NCBI GenBank assembly: GCA_963701965.1 | Contig: OY969695.1 | Location: 128,001-192,000, forward strand | DNA: 64,000 nucleotides | Source of the DNA: an uncultured Gemmatimonadales bacterium | GTDB taxonomy: Bacteria; Gemmatimonadota; Gemmatimonadetes; Gemmatimonadales; Gemmatimonadaceae | Direction of reading: 5' to 3' | Part shown: piece by piece, positions 56,964 through 64,000 of the stretch | How positions within the stretch are numbered: the stretch's first letter is position 1 | Layout: each line of letters opens with the position of its first letter | Made by a program: the position numbers and the translations under genes | Notes under the pieces: generated by a model | What the model saw: only the letters and a program-made list of their open reading frames with translations | Database searches by the model: none | Told to the model about the DNA's origin: nothing

Positions 56964-57959
56964 TCAGCCGAGGCGCTCGCTCGGTCGCGCGGTAAGGAAC
57001 ATCATCTGCGGCGACGTGATGCCGCGCAGGAACTTGACCGCGCAGTCCTTGTGGATCCGGCTTTCGCCGAGCGTCTGGTGCAGCGCGTCGACCGAGTCGA
57101 TCAGCGCGCCGTCGACGCCGAGCAGGATGTCGCCCTGGCGCAATCCGGCGAGCGCGGCCGGGCTCTGCGGATCGATCGAGACGACGCGCACGCCGTGCGT
57201 CTGCTCGAGCCCGTGATGGACGACGACGCGGCGATCGAGCGCGACCGACTGGCCGCCGAGGCCGAGGTAGCCGCGCCGGACGCGGCCGTGGCGCAGCAGC
57301 TGCGGGATCACCCAGGCGGCGGTGTCGACCGCGACCGCGAAGCAGATCGACTGCGCGCCGCGGATGATCGCGGTGTTGACGCCGACGACCTCGCCGCGCG
57401 AATTGAGCAGCGGGCCGCCCGAGTTGCCGGGGTTGAGCGCGGCGTCGGTCTGGATCACGTCGGGGATGAGCCGGCCGGTGCTGGCGCGCATGCTGCGCCC
57501 GAGGGCGCTGACGATTCCCGCGGTCACGGTGTGCTCGAAGCCGAGCGGGTTGCCGATGGCGATCGCGATCTCGCCGCGCTTGAGCAAAGCCGAGCGACCG
57601 AGCAGCGCCGGCGCGAGGCTAAGGCGCGAGGCGTTGCCGATGCGCAGGAGCGCGAGGTCGGTGTCGGGGTCGTCGCCGACCCATTCGGCGGCCGACTCGG
57701 TGCCGTCGCCGAGCGCCACCGCGTAGCGCAGCGCCGGCCGCGTCGACGTCGGCGGCCGGCCGGCGCGAACCACGTGCGAGTTGGTGAGCAGGTAGCCGTC
57801 GGAGGTGAAGACGAAGCCCGAGCCGCTGCCGCCCTCGCCCTCGCTGACGTCGCCGCTGCCGCCGATCCGGACCGCGGCGACGCTCGGGCCGACGCGCTCG
57901 ACGATCGCGCTCACGGTCTGCGAGTACGCGTCGAGCAGAAACGAATCGGTCGCGCCCAT
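56964..57959 (-). CDS. HtrA/S1C serine protease with PDZ domain, no signal peptide
   Basis: LLTNSHVV, DLALL, IQTDAALNPGNSGGPL, PDZ GYLG. Confidence 0.92.
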   Translation of the reverse strand: MGATDSFLLDAYSQTVSAIVERVGPSVAAVRIGGSGDVSEGEGGSGSGFVFTSDGYLLTNSHVVRAGRPPTSTRPALRYAVALGDGTESAAEWVGDDPDTDLALLRIGNASRLSLAPALLGRSALLKRGEIAIAIGNPLGFEHTVTAGIVSALGRSMRASTGRLIPDVIQTDAALNPGNSGGPLLNSRGEVVGVNTAIIRGAQSICFAVAVDTAAWVIPQLLRHGRVRRGYLGLGGQSVALDRRVVVHHGLEQTHGVRVVSIDPQSPAALAGLRQGDILLGVDGALIDSVDALHQTLGESRIHKDCAVKFLRGITSPQMMFLTARPSERLG

Positions 57960-58064
57960 GGGATCTCCTGAGCACGCAGCTAAGGTCGCGCCAGGCCCGG
58001 CACAAGGCCGTGTGCCGGGCGACCCGGCCGATCGGCCAGGGAAGGGTGTCGGCCGCCGACGGCC

Positions 58065-58500
58065 TCAGCGCACGACGAGCACCGGCAGCGTCGTGTGCTT
58101 GAGCACGTCCTGGGTCTCGCTGCCGAGGAAGAGCGAGGCCAGGCCGCTCCGGCCGTGCGAGCCCATGACGAGCAGGTCGCAGCGCTGCTCGGCGGCGTGC
58201 GCGACGATCGCCTCCCACGGCTGCAGGCCCTCGATCGTCTGCGCGTGGCAGACGATGCCGGCAGCATCGCAGGCGGCGATCACGTGCGCCGACGTTCTTC
58301 GCCGCGGTGCGCTCCTGGGCATCGAAGAACTCCTGCGGCGGCGTCGGCTGCATCTCGGCGACCGCGCCGTAGGGGAACGGCTCCTTGACGCAGAGCGTGA
58401 AGATCTCGGCGCCGACCGCCTTGGCCAGGCCGAGCGCGGTGGCGACGGCGTGGCCGGTGATCTCGGAGCCGTCGGTCGGAACGAGGATTCGCTTGAACAT
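58065..58500 (-). CDS. Universal stress protein (frameshift ~58290)
   Basis: MFKRILVPTDGS, DLLVMGSHGRSG, LGSETQ, PVLVVR. Confidence 0.92.
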
Positions 58501-58571
58501 CGGGACACCTCCGCGGGTCGGCGCGATCTTCGCATCCGCGCCGCCTGCGCGGCAACCGGAATGTCGCGGAC

Positions 58572-59428
58572 TCAGCCGCGGGCGATCGGCCGATCCGGGT
58601 CGGCGGACCACTCGCTCCACGAGCCGGGGTAGAGCAGCGAGCCGTGCAGGCCGGCGTGCTCCATCGCCAGCAGGTTGTGGCACGCGGTGACGCCCGAGCC
58701 GCACGAGTGGATCACCTGGTCCGGCGTGCGGTCGCCGAGGGCGGCGACGAACTCGGCGCGCAGCTCGGCCGGCGACTTGAACGAGCCGCCGGCGTCGAGG
58801 TTGGCCTTGTGAAAGCGATTGAGCGCGCCTGGGATGTGCCCGGCGACCGCATCGATCGGCTCGACCTCGCCGCGAAAGCGCTCGCCGGCCCTCGCGTCGA
58901 GCAGCGCCTGGCGCGCGCGGCTCGGGTTGCGACGCCGACCGCGTCGACGGTCTGCGCGAGCGAGGGCCGCTCGGGATACGCCGGCCCGTTCGGCTGCGGC
59001 GTCGGCTCGTTCGTCAGCGCGCCGCCGGCGCTTTGCCACGCCTGCACGCCGCCGTCGAGGACGGCGACGTCGCCGTGGCCGAGCCAGCGCAGCATCCACC
59101 ACAGGCGCGCCGCGTAGACGCCGCCGTGCGCGTCGACGGCGACGACCTGGGTGCCGGGCGCGACGCCGAGCGCGCCGATCGTGCGCGCGAAGTCGGCGCG
59201 CGCCGGCAGCGGATGGCGGCCGTTGCGGCCGGTCTTGGCGCCGCTCAGGTCGCGGTCGAGGTGCAGGTAGTGGGCGCCGGGGAGATGCGCGTCGCGGTAG
59301 CGGCGCTCGCCGGCGGTGGTGTCGGCGAGGTCGAAGCCGACGTCGATCACGACCGGCGCGGCGGCGGTCGGCCTGCAGGGCCGCGAGCTCGGCGCCGTGA
59401 TCAGGGTCGTGTGCGCGGTCGGATTCAT
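58572..59428 (-). CDS. Tandem-rhodanese sulfurtransferase (SseA-like; frameshifted)
   Basis: HLPGA, GRHPLP, AARLWW, LDGG, GHIPGA, CGSGVTAC, YPGSWSEW. Confidence 0.9.
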
Positions 59429-59450
59429 CGCGGTCGGGCCTCGGCAACGC

Positions 59451-60576
59451 TCAGCGCATCGCCTTCTGGTACCACTCGTGGAACTGCTGCATGCCGTCTT
59501 CCATCGGGCTCTGGTACGGCCCGAAGTCGTCGTCGCCGCGTTCCATCAGGGCGCGTCGGCCGGCGTCCATGCGCAGCGCGATCTCGTCGTCTTCGGCGCA
59601 GGTTTCCCAGTACGCGGCCTGCTCGGCCTCGACGAACTCGCGCTCGAAGGCGTGGATGTCCTCGGGGTAGTAGAACTCGACCACGTTGAGCGTCTTCTGC
59701 GGCCCTTTGGGCACCAGCGTCGAGACCACCAGGACGTGCGGATACCACTCGACCATCGTCGCCGGGTAGTAGGTGAGCCAGATCGCGCCGTGGCGCGGCA
59801 CCGGGTCGGCGAAGCGACCTTCGCGGTAGGCGAGGACGGCGTCGTGCCACTTGCGGTACGCGGGCGACCCCGGCTTGGCGAGCTCGTTCTTCGGGCCGAC
59901 GGTCTGCACCGAGTGGTGCGGGCCGAACTCCCAGCGCAGGTCCTCGCAGGTGACGAACTGGCCGAGGCCGGGGTGGAACGGCGCGACGTGGTAGTCCTCG
60001 AGGTAGACCTCGATGAAGGTCTTCCAGTTGTAGTCGCACTCGTGCAGCTTGACGCTGTCGAAGACGTAGCCGGTGAAGTCGAGGTCGGCGCCCGGGCCGA
60101 TCCGCGCCAGCTCGGCGGCGACGTCCCGGCCGCCGCGCGCTGGCGCCGTCGAACAGCATGCCGTTCCAGGTCTGCAGCGGGTAGTTGGCGAGGTCGCGGC
60201 ACGGGTCGTCGGCGAAGTGCGGCGCACCGACGAGCTGGCCGCCCAGGTCGTAGGTCCAGCGGTGCAGCGGGCAGACGATCTGGCTGCCGGTGTTGCCGCG
60301 ACCACGCAGCATCACCGCCTGGCGATGGCGGCACACGTTCGAGACCACCTGCAGGCCGGCCGGCGTTCGCAGCAGGGCGCGGCCTTCGCCTTCCTGGGGC
60401 AGCGCGTAGTAGTCGCCGAGCTCAGGGACGGCGAGCTCGTGGCCGAGGTAGCGCGGGCCGCCTTTGAACAGCGTCGCCTGCTCGCGGGCGAAGAGGGTCG
60501 AATCGAAGTAGCTGCGAACCGGCAGCTGCGACAGCGCAGGCGCGAGCGCCTCGCGGGTAACTCGCAGGTCGGACAT
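59451..60576 (-). CDS. Rieske oxygenase, probable putrescine 2-hydroxylase family (frameshift ~60140)
   Basis: NVCRHRQ...[43 protein letters not shown]; divergent from xseB. The Rieske call is firm; the substrate call is inferred. Confidence 0.8.
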
Positions 60577-60804
60577 GGCTCGGGAAATCCTCCAAAGGGG
60601 GCGTCGGCCAGCGTGCGGGAATGGCTGGCGAGTGGCTCGCCCGCCGCGTCGATCGAAGGGTCGCGGATTGTACCCAGCAGGCCTCGGCAAACCGCCGGCC
60701 CGGTCCGCGCTGGCAAGGGCGGCGCCGGGCGGCGCTTCCGGGCTGCCAGCGCGCGAGAGATGGAGCTCGATCGGCTGACTACAATCAGCTCTTTTCAGCG
60801 TTCA

Positions 60805-61047
60805 ATGACGACCGACCCGAGTTCCGGCCAGCCAGCCTCAGCGCCCGCGAGCTACGAAGTGGCCCTGAGCGAGCTCGAAGCCTTGGTCGCTTCGATGGAA
60901 GCGGGGCAACTCCCGCTCGAAGGCCTGCTCGCGAGCTATCGCCGCGGCACCGAGCTGCTCCAGTACTGCCGCTCGCGGCTCGAGGCGGTCGAGCAGCAGG
61001 TCAAGGTGCTCGAAGGCGGCCAGCTGAAGGCCTGGCCGCAGACATGA
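60805..61047 (+). CDS. xseB: Exodeoxyribonuclease VII small subunit
   Basis: [24 protein letters not shown]...YRRGTELL...VEQQVKVL. Confidence 0.93.
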   Translation: MTTDPSSGQPASAPASYEVALSELEALVASMEAGQLPLEGLLASYRRGTELLQYCRSRLEAVEQQVKVLEGGQLKAWPQT

Positions 61048-61934
61048 AACGCGACGCTTTCGATACCTGGGCCTTGGCCGAGCTCGATCGGGTCGAGTCG
61101 GCGCTCGACGCCTGCGTTCCCGCCGACGCGCCGGCCGGCCTCGGCGACGCGATGCGCTACGCCGTTCTCGACGGCGGCAAGCGCCTGCGGCCGCTGCTCG
61201 TCCTCGCCGCCGCCGACGCGGTCCATGGCGACCACGGCGCGGCGCTCCGTGCCGCCTGCGCGGTCGAGCTGATCCACGCCTATTCGCTCGTCCACGACGA
61301 CCTGCCGTGCATGGACGACGACGTCCTCAGGCGCGGCAAGCCGACCGTCCACGTCCGCTTCGGCGTCGCCCAGGCGATGCTCGCGGGCGACGCGATGCAG
61401 GCGCTCGCGTTCGAGGTCCTGACGCCCGACGACGGCAGCGTCGCCCCGGCCCTGCAGGCACGCCTGTGCGGCCTGCTGGCGCGCGCCGCCGGCGGTGCCG
61501 GCATGGCCGGCGGCCAGGCGATCGACCTGGCGAGCGTCGGCCAGCCGCTCGACGAGCGCGCCCTGTCCGACATGCATCGGCGCAAGACCGGCGCCTTGCT
61601 GCGTGCCAGCGTCCTCATGGGCGCGGCGTGCGGCCGCACCAGCGAGCGCGAGTGGAGCGCGCTGGCCGAATACGGCGCCGCGATCGGCCTCGCGTTCCAG
61701 GTCGTCGACGACATCCTCGACGTCACCCAGGCCTCGGCCACGCTCGGCAAGACGGCCGGCAAGGATCTAGACAACAACAAGCCGACCTACGTCACCGTCC
61801 TCGGCCTCGCCGCCGCGCGCGCCCATGCCGAGGAGCTGCGGCGCGCCGCGCATGCGGCGCTCGACGGCAGCAGCATGGCCGACAGCGACCAGCTGCGCGA
61901 GCTCGCCGACCGTGTCGTCGAGCGCGACTCCTGA
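61044..61934 (+). CDS. ispA: Farnesyl diphosphate synthase / polyprenyl synthetase
   Basis: [47 protein letters not shown]. Confidence 0.94.
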   Translation: MKRDAFDTWALAELDRVESALDACVPADAPAGLGDAMRYAVLDGGKRLRPLLVLAAADAVHGDHGAALRAACAVELIHAYSLVHDDLPCMDDDVLRRGKPTVHVRFGVAQAMLAGDAMQALAFEVLTPDDGSVAPALQARLCGLLARAAGGAGMAGGQAIDLASVGQPLDERALSDMHRRKTGALLRASVLMGAACGRTSEREWSALAEYGAAIGLAFQVVDDILDVTQASATLGKTAGKDLDNNKPTYVTVLGLAAARAHAEELRRAAHAALDGSSMADSDQLRELADRVVERDS

Positions 61935-61946
61935 ACAAGCAACAAC

Positions 61947-63855
61947 ATGACCAAGCTGCTCGACAAGATCGATGTCCCCGCCGACGTGCGCCGCCTGTCG
62001 CGCAGCGAATTGCCGCAGCTCGCCAAGGAGCTGCGCGAGTTCGTGGTCCAGATGGTGTCGCAGACCGGCGGCCACTTCTCGTCGAACCTCGGCACGGTCG
62101 AGCTGACGATCGCGCTGCACTACGTCTTCGACACGCCGCACGACCGGCTGGTCTGGGACGTCGGCCACCAGACCTATCCGCACAAGATGATCACCGGCCG
62201 CAAGGACCGGATGGCCACCTTGCGCCAGCTCGGCGGCATCTCCGGCTTTCCGCGCCGCGACGAGAGCGAGTACGACACCTTCGGCACGGCGCACTCGTCG
62301 ACCTCGATCTCGGCCGCGCTCGGCATGGCGGTGGCGGCGAAGATGAAGGGCGAGAGCCGAAAGTGCGTCGCCATCATCGGCGACGGCGCGATGAGCGCCG
62401 GCATGGCGTTCGAGGCGCTCAACAACGCCGGCGTCTCGCTCGCCGACATGCTGGTCGTCCTCAACGACAACGACATGTCGATCTCGCCGCCGGTCGGCGC
62501 GCTGAACCGCTACCTGGCGCGCCTCATGAGCGGCAAGTTCTACGCCGCCGCGCGCGACACCGCCAAGACGGTGCTCAAGAACGCGCCGCCGCTGCTCGAG
62601 CTCGCCCGCCGCTTCGAGGAGCACGCCAAGGGCATGGTCGTTCCGGGAACGATCTTCGAGGAGTTCGGCTTCAACTACGTCGGCCCGATCGACGGCCACG
62701 ACCTCGACTCGCTGATCCCGACGCTCGAGAACCTGCGCGACCTGAAGGGCCCGCAGTTCCTGCACGTCGTCACCAAGAAGGGCTACGGCTACAAGCTGGC
62801 CGAGGCCGATCCGGTCGGCTACCACGCCGCCTCCGGCAAGTTCGATCCGGCGGTCGGCTTCGTCAAGCCGAGCGCGCCGGCGAAGACCACCTTCACGCAG
62901 GTGTTCGGCCAGTGGCTGTGCGACATGGCGGCCAAGGACGAGCGCCTGGTCGCGATCACGCCGGCGATGCGCGAGGGCTCGGGCATGGTCGAGTTCGAGA
63001 AGCGCTTCCCGAAGCGCTTCTTCGACGTCGGCATCGCCGAGCAGCACGCCGTCACCTTCGCCGCCGGCCTCGCCTGCGAGGGCCTGAAGCCGGTGGTCGC
63101 GATCTACTCGACCTTCCTGCAGCGCGCCTACGACCAGCTGATCCACGACGTCGCGATCCAGAACCTGCCGGTCGTGTTCGCGCTCGACCGCGGCGGCCTG
63201 GTCGGCGCCGACGGCGCGACCCACGCCGGCTCGTTCGACATCGCCTACCTGCGCTGCATCCCGAACGTCAGCGTGCTGACGCCGGCCGACGAGAACGAAT
63301 GCCGCCAGGCGCTGTACACCGCGTTCCTGCAGGACCACCCGGTCGCCGTGCGCTACCCGCGCGGCAGCCGGCGCCGGCGTCGCCCAGCAGGCCGAGATGA
63401 CGGCGATCCCGTTCGGCAGCGGCGAGATCCGGCGCGAGAGCAGGCGCACCGCGGCGCAGCCGGGCAGGCGCATCGCGATCCTGGCCTTCGGCACGCTCCT
63501 CTATCCGGCGCTCGCCGCGGCCGAGCGGCTCGACGCGACGGTCGCCAACATGCGCTTCGCCAAGCCGCTCGATGTCGCGCTGGTGACTGATCTGGCGCGC
63601 CGCCATGATGCAATCGTCACCGTGGAAGAAGGGACGATCCTGGGCGGCGCCGGCAGCGCGGTGCTCGAGGCGCTGGCCGAGGCGCGCATCGAGATCCCGG
63701 TGCTCACGCTCGGCCTGCCCGACGCGTTCATCGAGCACGGCGACCCGGCCAAGCTGCTGGCGCAGTGCGGCCTCGACGCCGCCGGCATCGAGCAGTCGAT
63801 CCAGCGCCGCTTCGGCGCGCCGCCGGCGCTGCTGCGCACCGCCGTCGGGCAATAG
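61947..63855 (+). CDS. dxs: 1-deoxy-D-xylulose-5-phosphate synthase (frameshift ~63365)
   Basis: [46 protein letters not shown]. Confidence 0.96.
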
Positions 63856-63955
63856 CGCCGGTCGTCGCGACAAGGCCGGTGGCCGCACGCGCGCGCCGGC
63901 ATCGGTTTGCTGGCATGCTTGCGGCGCTTTCCGGGAAGAGCAAGACGAACCACCA

Positions 63956-64000
63956 ATGACCAACCTGATCGACGCCCTCCACATCCCCGACACGCAATCG
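63956..64000 (+). CDS. folE2: Probable start of GTP cyclohydrolase FolE2 (partial)
   Basis: MTNLIDALHIPDTQS resembles the FolE2 N-terminus, and folE2 usually follows dxs in Burkholderiales; only 15 codons visible. Confidence 0.55.
   Translation, partial: MTNLIDALHIPDTQS

Overview
High-GC chromosomal window whose gene content and order (Bug/TctC proteins, BPSS1780-like protein, type II thrB, Rieske-xseB-ispA-dxs-folE2) point to a Burkholderiales betaproteobacterium; this is inferred, not searched. Single-base frameshifts are pervasive and also hit normally essential genes (polA, dxs, thrB, galU), so they are most likely long-read consensus errors, and many starts and ends are approximate. Contents in order: an SDR; liv-type ABC transporter 1; a ~13 kb xanthomonadin/aryl-polyene-like cluster (halogenase, MipA, acyltransferases, GT2, FabG, two dehydratases, methyltransferase, deacetylase, MMPL, LolA-like, AMP-ligase, ACP) with no ketosynthase or chain-length factor; a CsgG-like plus secreted-protein pair; Bug-Rieske-GhrA; tRNA-Leu(CAA); cysM/NUDIX/tusA; a truncated Tsx-like porin remnant; galU; a degenerate 2-hydroxyacid dehydrogenase; valS, guaC, uvrD, phoD; an orphan ParA/MobD-like ATPase; thrB, polA; liv-type ABC transporter 2; ppk1-sixA/ppx with a Pho box; ZIP, HtrA, USP, sulfurtransferase, Rieske oxygenase, xseB-ispA-dxs and the start of folE2. 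No CRISPR array, transposase or integrase was seen. Best leads: the KS-less polyene-type cluster, two apparent pseudoenzymes, the lipoprotein-ATPase-PhoD unit and a recurrent leaderless-promoter architecture.
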